From a bacterium (GTDB taxonomy: Bacteria; Actinomycetota; Acidimicrobiia; Spongiisociales; ZC4RG35): a DNA stretch of 64,000 nucleotides. Positions 1-8,449 of this stretch are shown here, piece after piece; position 1 is the first letter of the stretch, and each line of letters opens with the position of its first letter. The stretch covers positions 4,135 to 68,134 of the forward strand of contig JAHEDH010000001.1 in NCBI GenBank assembly GCA_024641285.1, in the 5' to 3' direction. The notes beneath the pieces were generated by a model that did no database searches, had not been told where the DNA came from, and saw only the letters and a program-made list of their open reading frames with translations. The position numbers and the translations under genes were made by a program.

Positions 1-417
1 GGATGGTCTCGATCACGCAGGCCACGTCGATCCACGCCCAGTTCATCGGATAGGTGATCTCGTCGAGGATGACGAGCTCGTACTCACCGCCCTCGATCAC
101 GCCGGCTGCGAAGCGCCAGGCCTCGTTGGCGATCGCCTCGGACTCGGACATGTCCACGCTGTCCCAGGTGAATCCGTCGCCGAGCGCCCACCAGTCGACG
201 CCCAGCTGACGACCGATCTTCTCCTCGCCCACCTTCCAATCGCCCGACTTCAAGAATTGGACGACCGACACCTTCCAGCCCCTGGCGATCGCTCGCAGCA
301 TCGTCCCGAAGGCGGCAGTGGACTTCCCTTTGCCGTCGCCGGTGTTGACGATCACCAGCGAAGGCTCCCGGACAGATCCGGGGTCGGGTGCGGTGGTCGG
401 GGGTTCGATTTCGGGCA
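1..417 (-). CDS. cobO: cob(I)yrinic acid a,c-diamide adenosyltransferase (CobO/BtuR); C-terminus cut by the window edge
   Basis: Minus-strand translation MPEIEPPTTAPDPGSVREPSLVIVNTGDGKGKSTAAFG...GGEYELVILDEITYPMNWAWIDVACVIETI; P-loop GDGKGKST and the ILDEITY motif are typical of CobO. The listed 359-aa Arg-rich ORF 84..1163 is the wrong frame. Confidence 0.8.
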
Positions 418-433
418 TCAGCGGTCCTCGGTC

Positions 434-1255
434 TCAGATTCGAGACGCCATCCTCCCAGACCCGCCGTCTTCTCGGGAATCGCCCGCTCGGATGGGGATG
501 ACGATGACACCATCGTCGTCGGAGATCACCCGCACCCTGGCCCCGTAGTGACGCCTGATCGTGTCCGGAGTCAGCACGCCCTCGGCAGAGCCCTCGGCGA
601 CGATCGACCCGCCGGCGAGCATGACGAGACGGTCGCAGAACTGGGCGGCGAGCGTGAGATCGTGGACCGCCGAGATGACGGTCAGGCCGCAGCTGCGGCG
701 GATCGCATCGATGTGATCGAGCACACCCATCCGAACGCCGACGTCGAGCGCACTCGTCGGCTCGTCGAGGAGAAGCACGGGACATGCCTGCGCCAGCGCC
801 CGGGCGATCACGACCCGCTGTCGCTCCCCACCGGACAGGTCTTCGACTCGTTTCGATGCGAACGGCCCCAGGTCGAGGTCGGCGATCGCGACGTTGGCGG
901 CCAGCACGTCGTCCGGCGACTCGACTCCGAACCGGCCCAGATAGGGATTCCTGCCGAGCATGACGTAGTCGATGACCGACATCCCGGGAGGGATGACAGG
1001 GCTCTGCGGGACCAGCGAGACGCGCTTCGCCCGTTCGATCGGGCTGAGGGACCGCATCGACTTCCCTCCGATCTCGACCGCTCCCGAGGAATCGAGCAGA
1101 CCAGCGGCGGCTTCGAGCACCGTCGACTTGCCGGCACCGTTTGGCCCGATGAGGCCCACCCACTCGCCGCGGTCGACGGCGAGGTCGAGGCCGTGCACCA
1201 CGGGCCGCCCCGATCGGCGAACGGTGAGCTCCCTGATCTCGACGGTGCCGATCAC
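434..1255 (-). CDS. ABC transporter ATP-binding protein, iron-siderophore/cobalamin type (BtuD/FepC-like)
   Basis: Walker A GPNGAGKST, signature LSGGERQRV, Walker B LLLDEPTSALD; GTG start overlaps the stop of the upstream permease as GTGA. Confidence 0.85.
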   Translation of the reverse strand: MIGTVEIRELTVRRSGRPVVHGLDLAVDRGEWVGLIGPNGAGKSTVLEAAAGLLDSSGAVEIGGKSMRSLSPIERAKRVSLVPQSPVIPPGMSVIDYVMLGRNPYLGRFGVESPDDVLAANVAIADLDLGPFASKRVEDLSGGERQRVVIARALAQACPVLLLDEPTSALDVGVRMGVLDHIDAIRRSCGLTVISAVHDLTLAAQFCDRLVMLAGGSIVAEGSAEGVLTPDTIRRHYGARVRVISDDDGVIVIPIRAGDSREDGGSGRMASRI

Positions 1256-2292
1256 AGTGATCGCCTCGACGTCCGCAGGACGAGGACGAAGAAGGGCGCC
1301 CCCAGGAACGACGTCACCACCCCGATCGGAAGCTCGGCCGGCGCCATGACGTTCCTGGCTGCCAGGTCTGCGGCGACGAGAAAGGCGGCGCCGGCGAAGA
1401 GCGAGAGCGGCAGCACGACCCGATAACTCGTGCCGGCGACGAGCCGGACGGCATGCGGCACGATGATGCCGACGAAGGCGATGAGGCCGCTGACGGCCAC
1501 CGCCGCAGCAGTTCCTGCGGTGGCCGCGATGACGACGATGGTTCGAACCCGGTTCACGTCGACGCCCAGCGACGCTGCCTCGTCGTCGCCGACCGTCAAC
1601 ATGTCGAGCACCCGGCGGTAGCTCAGCATCACTGCGATCGACACTGCGGCGTAGGGGGCGAGCAGCGCCACTTCGGTCCAGCCGGACGTCGAGAGGCGGC
1701 CAAGGATCCAGGCGAACACCTCCCGGAGCGTTTCGGAGTTCCGCTGCTGGACGAAGGTCGTCAAGGCCGTGAAGAAGGATGCCATCGCCACTCCCGCGAG
1801 GATCAAGGTCGTCGCCGATCGGTCACCCATCGTCCGGCCGAGCGTGAAGGTCGCTACGACGGCGCCGATGCCCCCGACGAACGCCGCCGGAACGACGAGC
1901 GCGGCCGGAAGTCCAGACACGATTGCCAGCGTGGCGCCGAGCGCCGCCCCGGCCGCGATCCCGAGAAGGTACGGATCGGCGAGCGGGTTGCGAAACACCC
2001 CCTGGTAAGAGGCGCCGGAGATGGCCAGCGTGCCGCCGACCATCATGCCCAGCACGACGCGGGGGAACCGCCACGACCACAGAATGTCCTGTTGGATCTC
2101 GGACAGGCCCGACTCGATCCCCACCCCAGGAATCCGCGACAGGATCTCGGTCAGCACCTGGCCCACGCCGATGTCGGCGGGACCGACCAGGGCGCCCACG
2201 ACGAGGGCCGCTGCAACGAGTGCGCCGACGACGGCCAGCGCCGGCCACGCGAGCCTGGTCGGCTTGACGAGCGGGGTCCGGACGGCCGTCAC
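1252..2292 (-). CDS. FecCD-family ABC permease (BtuC-like)
   Basis: Polytopic membrane protein with FecCD-type motifs (GAALGATLAIV, VAADLAARNV...PIGVVTSFLGAPFFVLVL). Start taken at GTG 2290-2292, overlapping the stop of the binding-protein gene (GTGA); the 403-aa ORF extension is out-of-frame overlap. Confidence 0.8.
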   Translation of the reverse strand: MTAVRTPLVKPTRLAWPALAVVGALVAAALVVGALVGPADIGVGQVLTEILSRIPGVGIESGLSEIQQDILWSWRFPRVVLGMMVGGTLAISGASYQGVFRNPLADPYLLGIAAGAALGATLAIVSGLPAALVVPAAFVGGIGAVVATFTLGRTMGDRSATTLILAGVAMASFFTALTTFVQQRNSETLREVFAWILGRLSTSGWTEVALLAPYAAVSIAVMLSYRRVLDMLTVGDDEAASLGVDVNRVRTIVVIAATAGTAAAVAVSGLIAFVGIIVPHAVRLVAGTSYRVVLPLSLFAGAAFLVAADLAARNVMAPAELPIGVVTSFLGAPFFVLVLRTSRRSL

Positions 2293-3278
2293 CCGTTCAG
2301 CCCCAGGATGACATCGGAGATCGCCCGGAAGAACTGGACGATCCGCGGTCCCCACCGCGACGAGACGTCGGAGTCGATCACGGTCACCGAGCCTCGCTCG
2401 ACAGCGGAGAGGTTGTCCCAGCCGGGCCGCTCCGCCACCGTCGCCACGGTGTCGCCGCAGCAATCGGTCACGAAGATGAGGTCCGGGTTCGCCTCGATCA
2501 CGTATTCGGGAGAGAGCTGGGGATATCCGAACCCGTCGGCGTCGGCGGGATCGGCGATGTTGACCAGCCCGAAGGCGTCGTAGACCCTGCCGATGAACGT
2601 ATCGGATGTGATCGAGTACAGCGTCGGGTCGAGCTCGTGATACACCGTCAATCCTTCGGCGAGCGTCCCGGCGTCGTCGATCGCCGCCTGGATCTCGGCT
2701 TCGAGCACGGCAGCGGCGTCGGCGGCGCCGTCGGAGTTCCCGGTCGCCTCGCCCAGTTGCCGCATCTGCTCGTACACGTCGGAGAACTCGAGCGCCGCGG
2801 GGAGCAGGAGAACCGGGACGTCGACGGCCTCGAGGGCGCCGACGATCCCGTCCAGATCGTTGGCGACCACCACGAGGTCGGGGGCGTATGCGCCGATCGA
2901 CTCGAGATTCGGGGTGAAGCCCGAGAGCTCGGTGACGGGAGCGTCTTCGGGGTAGTACGAGAACTCGTCGACCGCCACGACCTGGTCGCCGGCTCCGATC
3001 GCAAAGAGCATCTCGGTGGCGGTCGGCGAGAGGGAGACGATCGCCTCGGGACGGGATGGGATCTCGACGGTCCCGTTGGCCGCCTCGACCAGCGCGAACG
3101 GGCCATCGGGCTCGGAGACCGTCGTAGCTCTCTGTGCGGCGGTCGTCTGCACCGTCGTGACCGGCGCAGCCTCGGCCGAAGACGGGGTGCCGGCTGCGGA
3201 GGAGCCGCAGGCGGCAGCAACCATTGCGAGGGCGGCCAGCAGGGCGCTCGACCTGCCGATCCGATTCGAGTTTTCCAA
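2289..3278 (-). CDS. Periplasmic-binding-protein-type ABC substrate-binding lipoprotein (BtuF/FecB-like)
   Basis: Lipoprotein signal SALLAALAMVAAACGSS; class III SBP features. Start proposed at TTG 3276-3278, seven nt after a GGAGGA Shine-Dalgarno; the longer listed ORF would run through the riboswitch. Confidence 0.75.
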   Translation of the reverse strand: MENSNRIGRSSALLAALAMVAAACGSSAAGTPSSAEAAPVTTVQTTAAQRATTVSEPDGPFALVEAANGTVEIPSRPEAIVSLSPTATEMLFAIGAGDQVVAVDEFSYYPEDAPVTELSGFTPNLESIGAYAPDLVVVANDLDGIVGALEAVDVPVLLLPAALEFSDVYEQMRQLGEATGNSDGAADAAAVLEAEIQAAIDDAGTLAEGLTVYHELDPTLYSITSDTFIGRVYDAFGLVNIADPADADGFGYPQLSPEYVIEANPDLIFVTDCCGDTVATVAERPGWDNLSAVERGSVTVIDSDVSSRWGPRIVQFFRAISDVILGLNG

Positions 3279-3283
3279 AGCTG

Positions 3284-3306
3284 CATCCTCCGGTGATCGG
3301 AGGATG
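3284..3306 (-). promoter_or_regulatory. Perfect hairpin (9-bp stem, 5-nt loop) sequestering the GGAGGA ribosome-binding site of the binding-protein gene; probable riboswitch expression platform
   Basis: catcctccg-gtgat-cggaggatg is a perfect inverted repeat; on the minus strand it contains the GGAGGAUG immediately upstream of the TTG start. Confidence 0.5.
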
Positions 3307-3334
3307 AAGGGGTGAAACGCCTGACCTTCTGGGC

Positions 3335-3495
3335 CGGGAACGAGACAGACCTTCATCCGAGGTTGTGATTCGTCACGGACGGCGAGGCGACCTGGCTCGG
3401 CCCCGAAGGGCTCCACAGTTGCGGGACAGCGCCGGGTTCGCACCGGACTTCGCTCTCCGACCGTGTCCGGCGGTTGTGCCGGATACCGGCACGCT
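3335..3495 (-). ncRNA. Cobalamin (B12) riboswitch
   Basis: Minus-strand reading contains GGAGAGCGAAGUCCGGUGCGAACCCGGCGCUGUCCCGCAACUGUGG...GAGCCAGGUCGCCUCGCC, matching the conserved cobalamin-riboswitch core (GGUG.GAA.CCGG.GC.GUCCCGC.ACUGU) and the GCCAGG..CCUGCC B12-box region. It sits 5' of a B12/iron-type ABC uptake operon plus cobO. Boundaries are approximate. Confidence 0.7.
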
Positions 3496-3545
3496 AGCGA
3501 TCCGCCGAGGCCCCTGCACGGTGCAGCGCACTACCGTCGGATGGA

Positions 3546-5177
3546 ATGTCGGAAATCAGCACTCTCGCCAACGAATACTTCGACTATCGGCAGTCGACCG
3601 ACCATCAGCGTCTGCTCTGGAGGGGTGACCTCGATCACATCGAGCAGTGGGAGGACGTCTCTCCCGATGGCCTGACAGCCCGGATTCGTCGGCTTCGACA
3701 TGCGGCCGATCGTGCGGAAACGGTCACGCCGGCCGACGCCGCCGAACAGGCACTGGCCGACACCATCGCGTTCACCGGCCGCTCGGAGGCCAACCAGCTG
3801 GTGTGGCGCACCGAGCGGGAGTTCCCGAACCCGGCCATCGGGCTGGTCTCGACCGTCCTGACCTTTCTGCCGAAGTACTCACTGGTCACCGCGGACCATG
3901 GCGCCGGATATCACGAGAAGCTGCGGCGGCTGCCGTCGTTCCTCGACACCGCAGGCCGGGTGCTGCGCGATGCCGCCGGCGGTGGTCGGCTCCCGCTCGC
4001 TCGACACCTGACCAGCACCATCGCCGCCATCGATGCCCACCTCATAAAGCCCGACGCCGCCAACCCGCTGCTCGCCCAGGCGCCGCCGACCGGGCTCTCC
4101 GCCACGGCGCAACAGGATTGGGCGGAGGTGACCGAAGGGCTCGTGCGCAGCGCCGTCCATCCTGCACTCGCCCGATACCGCGATGCCATGACGGCCGTCG
4201 CCGACCAGGCGCCCGACGACGCTCGACCCGGACTGTGCCACCTCGACGGCGGGGCCGACCTGTACCGAGATCTCGTGTGGTCCCACACGTCGCTCCCGCT
4301 GACCGGCGAGCGGGTCCACGAGATCGGGCTCGAACAGATCGCGCGGCTGGAGGACGAGTACCGGGAGATGGCAGGACCGATCTTCGGGACGAGCGACATC
4401 ACCGAGATCTACTCGCGGCTCCGCGACGACCCCGATCTGGCGTACGAGAGCGGAGCGCAACTGGTCAGAGACGCCACCAGAGCGCTCGAGCGGGCTAACG
4501 CGGTCGCCCCCGACTGGTTCGAGACGCTTCCCGTGTCCCCGTGCATCGCTGCCGAGATCGAACAGGGCGCCCTCGCCTTCTATTCGAGGCCGATCCCGGC
4601 TGTCGGCAAGCCGGGTAGCTTCTTCTTCAACACGTCGGACCCGTCCGCGTGGAAGACGTTCCAGCTCGAGGCCGTGACATTCCACGAGTCGATCCCCGGG
4701 CACCACCTGCAGCTGGCGCTGGGCGTCGAATCGGAGACGCTGCACGGCGTTCACACCGAGCTGCCGGTCACGGTCTACTCGGAAGGTTGGGGTCTCTACA
4801 CCGAACGCCTCGCCGACGAGATGGGGCTCTACTCGTCGGACCTCGATCGGCTCGGCATGCTGGCGGCGGACTCCATGCGCGCCTGCCGCCTCGTCACCGA
4901 CACCGGCATGCACGCACTCGGATGGTCACGTGATCAGGCCGTCGACTACGTCCTGGCGCATTCGCCGCTGAGCCGCGGGATCGCCGAGGGCGAGATCGAC
5001 CGGTACATCGGCATCCCCGGCCAGGCGCTGTCGTACATGATCGGGCGTCTCGAGATCGACCGGATCCGCGCCGCGGCCGAGCAGCGACCGGGCTTCGAGA
5101 TCAAGGCGTTCCACGACTCGGTTCTCCGCCACGGCTCGGTTCCGCTCGGAACCTTGAAGAGCCTCATCCTGGACTGA
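3546..5177 (+). CDS. DUF885-family protein (putative Zn-metallopeptidase-like)
   Basis: 543 aa; HESIPGHH motif and overall pattern typical of DUF885. Confidence 0.75.
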   Translation: MSEISTLANEYFDYRQSTDHQRLLWRGDLDHIEQWEDVSPDGLTARIRRLRHAADRAETVTPADAAEQALADTIAFTGRSEANQLVWRTEREFPNPAIGLVSTVLTFLPKYSLVTADHGAGYHEKLRRLPSFLDTAGRVLRDAAGGGRLPLARHLTSTIAAIDAHLIKPDAANPLLAQAPPTGLSATAQQDWAEVTEGLVRSAVHPALARYRDAMTAVADQAPDDARPGLCHLDGGADLYRDLVWSHTSLPLTGERVHEIGLEQIARLEDEYREMAGPIFGTSDITEIYSRLRDDPDLAYESGAQLVRDATRALERANAVAPDWFETLPVSPCIAAEIEQGALAFYSRPIPAVGKPGSFFFNTSDPSAWKTFQLEAVTFHESIPGHHLQLALGVESETLHGVHTELPVTVYSEGWGLYTERLADEMGLYSSDLDRLGMLAADSMRACRLVTDTGMHALGWSRDQAVDYVLAHSPLSRGIAEGEIDRYIGIPGQALSYMIGRLEIDRIRAAAEQRPGFEIKAFHDSVLRHGSVPLGTLKSLILD

Positions 5178-5284
5178 AACGCGCCATTGGCTGTTGGCCA
5201 TCGGCTCTCGGCAACGAAGCCCCATCCTGCGGTTTGGAGGAGGGGGTTTCGCACACGGCACGCCTCACGGTCTGCGGTGTGCGC

Positions 5285-6412
5285 CTACTCCTGGCCGGAG
5301 CGGGCCCCGAGCTCGATCTCGAGCGTCTGGACGACCCCATTGCGATCGATCATCAATTCGATCGTGTCACCTGCCGCGAAGGCTCTGACCTGAGCTGCGA
5401 GATCGGACGGTTCGGCGACCAGCACGTCGTTGACCGCAAGGACGGTGTCGCCCACCCGGACGCCCGCCTGCTCGGCCGCCGTGTCAGGGGTCACCTCTGC
5501 GACCACTGCACCGGCGGACAGATCGGTCGTGTTGTCGAGCCTGACGCCGAGGAAACCGGGCACGAACTCGCCTCCGGCTACGAGCGCTTCGGCGACCCGG
5601 AACGCCCGATCGATCGGAACCGCAAAACCCACGCCGTCGTTGGCTCCGGAGCTCGAGTAGATCGAGACGTTGATGCCGATCACCCGGCCTTCGCGATCGA
5701 CGAGTGGGCCACCCGAGTTGCCCGGATTGATGGACGCGTCCGTCTGAAGCATGGATCGGGCGATCCCCTGTCCGCTGACGATGGTGCGGTCGACGGCCGA
5801 GACGATGCCGGCCGTCACTGTGGAATCGAGGCCCCAAGGTGATCCGAGGGCGATGGCAAGCGAGCCAGCCCTGGGCTTGGCGTCGAGGGCCAGCGGAGCT
5901 GCGGTGTACGGACCACCGTCGATGGAGATGACTGCGATGTCGTTGTTCATGTCTGCGCCAACGACGGTGCCGACGACCTTGTTGCCGTCGGAAAGGCGGA
6001 CTCGCACTTCGGAGAGGCCCTGGACCACGTGCTCGGCGGTCATGATGAGACCCGAGGCGTCGTAGATCACGCCGGTTCCAACGCCTTGTTCGATGCCGTT
6101 GGCGATCACCTCGATCTGGACGACGGACGGGAGAAGCGCTGCGGCAACATCTGCGATCGGCTCGGAGCCGGGAGCAGCGACCAGGGGATCGGTGCGAACC
6201 TCGGCAGGGTCGAGAGGAACGTTGGTGGTCGTGGTCGACTCGACGAACGAGGCAGGCACCTCTTGAGCCACGGCCGTTTCTGTCGGTGTCGGCTCGGTGA
6301 AGAGCCAGCCGATCCCGAGGCCGGAGACGAAGAGGGCGAGCGCCGTGATCAGGGTCGCGAACCGCCCGACTCGGCGGGCGGGCTCGGAGTTCGTGGTTTG
6401 GTCCATGGTCAT
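5285..6412 (-). CDS. HtrA/DegP-family trypsin-like serine protease with C-terminal PDZ domain
   Basis: N-terminal TM anchor; catalytic motifs TAEHVV...DIAVI...GNSGGPLV; PDZ-like C-terminus (GVRVGDTVLAVN). Confidence 0.85.
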   Translation of the reverse strand: MTMDQTTNSEPARRVGRFATLITALALFVSGLGIGWLFTEPTPTETAVAQEVPASFVESTTTTNVPLDPAEVRTDPLVAAPGSEPIADVAAALLPSVVQIEVIANGIEQGVGTGVIYDASGLIMTAEHVVQGLSEVRVRLSDGNKVVGTVVGADMNNDIAVISIDGGPYTAAPLALDAKPRAGSLAIALGSPWGLDSTVTAGIVSAVDRTIVSGQGIARSMLQTDASINPGNSGGPLVDREGRVIGINVSIYSSSGANDGVGFAVPIDRAFRVAEALVAGGEFVPGFLGVRLDNTTDLSAGAVVAEVTPDTAAEQAGVRVGDTVLAVNDVLVAEPSDLAAQVRAFAAGDTIELMIDRNGVVQTLEIELGARSGQE

Positions 6413-6418
6413 CTTTCA

Positions 6419-7639
6419 TTACCTCGCAGGGGGCTCATACAAACCTGGTACATCAATATCCGATGACCCGTAAAACTCGGGTAAACGGTCGTCGCTCATC
6501 GGAGGGGTGGAAGGGTCGGGCCCCTCGGGAAGGGCGATGGACAGGATCGACCCTCCTCCGGGCCGGATCGATGCAGAGAACCTCCCGGCGTGCATCGCAA
6601 CGATCTGTCTCACGATTCCCAGGCCCATCCCTCCGTTGCCGTGGTCGCCGTTGAGTGCGAACTCGACGTCGATGCCGGGTCCCTCGTCGAGCACGCCGAG
6701 ATAGGTCCATTCGCCCTGGCGTCTCACGACGACCCTGACGGCTGCTCCATCAGGGCTCTCGCGTACCGCATTGTCGACGAGATTCCCGATCGCCCGCCGC
6801 AACAGATTGGCGTCTGCGGCAACGGTGAGCGGCGCCGACGGGAGATCCCCCACCACCGAGACCCCACCCGCGCGAGCGGTCGGGCCGAAGTCTGCGACGA
6901 GCTCTGCGACGACTGCGCCGGGATCGATCGGGGTCAACGTGGAACCGGCGAGTTCCCGGCGTGCGACCGCCAACAGGTCGTCGACCATCACCGAGATCCG
7001 ATCCGCGGCTCGCTCGACGATCTCGCCGGTCTGTCGCCAGTCTTCGATCGTTGCGTCCGGATCGTGTGCGATGATCTCGAGGTTCGATCGGATCACGGCG
7101 AGCGGGGTGCGGAGGTCGTGCGACGTGTGCGCAAGGAACCGCTGTTGCGACCGGAACGAACCGGACAACCGGTCGAGCATCGCATCGAACGTGTTCGCCA
7201 TGCGGGTCAGCTCGTCATCGGGACCGTCGAGCGCGATGCGCCGATCCAGGTCGGTCGCCTCGATCTCGCGGGCAACGGACGTGATCTCATCGATCGGACG
7301 GAGCGACCGGCTCGCAACGATCCAGCCGACGATCAGCGAGAGAGCGAACAACGCCAGCATGATCGCGATGGTCCAGATCGCGAGCTGATTGAGGACGGCC
7401 TCCTTGAAGAAGCTCTCGATCGTTCGCATCTCCACCTGGGTCAGCCGGATGGCGACCCGCTCCCCGTCGACGAGGACCGGCTCGAGAGCCCGTTCGGTCA
7501 CGGTGAGCGACTGCACGGCGCGCAGAGTGACGAAGTAGATGCCGGCGAGCGCCAGGCCGGCAACGCTGAAGACGAGGGCCGATGTGAGGCCCGACAGCCG
7601 GAACCGGAGCGAACGTGTCACGGGTGGCAGTTGCATCAA
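6419..7639 (-). CDS. Sensor histidine kinase (MprB/CseC-like)
   Basis: Two TM segments and a HAMP-like region; H-box SHDLRTPL; N/G boxes (GNLVDNAVR, GGMGLGIVRQIV). Confidence 0.85.
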   Translation of the reverse strand: MMQLPPVTRSLRFRLSGLTSALVFSVAGLALAGIYFVTLRAVQSLTVTERALEPVLVDGERVAIRLTQVEMRTIESFFKEAVLNQLAIWTIAIMLALFALSLIVGWIVASRSLRPIDEITSVAREIEATDLDRRIALDGPDDELTRMANTFDAMLDRLSGSFRSQQRFLAHTSHDLRTPLAVIRSNLEIIAHDPDATIEDWRQTGEIVERAADRISVMVDDLLAVARRELAGSTLTPIDPGAVVAELVADFGPTARAGGVSVVGDLPSAPLTVAADANLLRRAIGNLVDNAVRESPDGAAVRVVVRRQGEWTYLGVLDEGPGIDVEFALNGDHGNGGMGLGIVRQIVAMHAGRFSASIRPGGGSILSIALPEGPDPSTPPMSDDRLPEFYGSSDIDVPGLYEPPAR

Positions 7640-7678
7640 GTCTCGAAACTATCCGCCCGTCGATAACGCACGCGTAAA

Positions 7679-8356
7679 TCAGCGGAGCACATACCCGCGC
7701 CCGGGCACCGTCTCGATGACTTGAGGCTCACCCAGCTTCTTGCGGAGGTTCGAAACGGTGACCCTGACGGTGTTCGTGAACGGGTCGGCCATCTCGTCCC
7801 ACACGTGCTCGAGGAGTCGCTCTTGGCTGAGCACTTCGCCCCGATGCCTCATGAAGTACTCGAGAAGGGCGAACTCCTTGACCGTCAGGGAGAGCGGTAC
7901 CTGGGCACGGGTCGCGACGAATGCCGCCGGGTCGAGAGCGAGGTCGCCGGCGAACAGCACCGGGGTGCCCCCGGACTCCCGTCGTAACAGCGCTCGAACT
8001 CTCGCCTCCAGTTCGGCGAACGCGAATGGCTTGACGAGGTAGTCGTCGGCACCGGCATCCAGCCCTGCGACTCGGTCCTCGATGGAGTCGCGTGCAGTGA
8101 GCATCAGCACCTTCGGCTCGAGCGATCCGAAGGTCTCCACATCGCCCGACCGCATCCGAGCGCACAGGTCGATCCCTCTGCCATCCGGGAGGTTCCAATC
8201 GAGGACCACCAAGTCGTACTCGACCGTCGAGACTGCGATCTCGGCTTCGAGAACGGACGCGACCGAATCGACCGCATGGCCACTGCGGCCGAGGCCACGT
8301 ACGATCGCCGAGGCGAGGTCTGGTTCGTCTTCCACCACCAAGAGGCGCATCGCCAC
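7679..8356 (-). CDS. OmpR-family response regulator
   Basis: REC domain (LLVVEDEPDL...DLVVLDWNLPDG) plus a winged-helix output (LTVKEFALLEYF...GRGYVLR). Confidence 0.9.
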   Translation of the reverse strand: MAMRLLVVEDEPDLASAIVRGLGRSGHAVDSVASVLEAEIAVSTVEYDLVVLDWNLPDGRGIDLCARMRSGDVETFGSLEPKVLMLTARDSIEDRVAGLDAGADDYLVKPFAFAELEARVRALLRRESGGTPVLFAGDLALDPAAFVATRAQVPLSLTVKEFALLEYFMRHRGEVLSQERLLEHVWDEMADPFTNTVRVTVSNLRKKLGEPQVIETVPGRGYVLR

Positions 8357-8449
8357 CGAACTGTATCGACGCCGCCGGCGGGCCGGGACCGACGACGCCG
8401 CTCGACCTGATCGATGGGTCGGTGCCGTGGCTCACTACATTCGTCGACG

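Noticed and set aside
84-1163. 359-aa Arg/Gly-rich ORF on the minus strand
   Set aside because: Wrong-frame read-through of the cobO and ABC ATPase genes; composition (R, G, P, A runs) is typical of off-frame ORFs in 70% GC DNA, with no motifs.
5178-5284. Imperfect GC hairpin (CCCCATCCT...AGGAGGGGGTTTCG) between the convergent DUF885 and htrA genes as a bidirectional terminator
   Set aside because: Stem has mismatches and no U-tract; could be a terminator but the evidence is weak, so it was not called.
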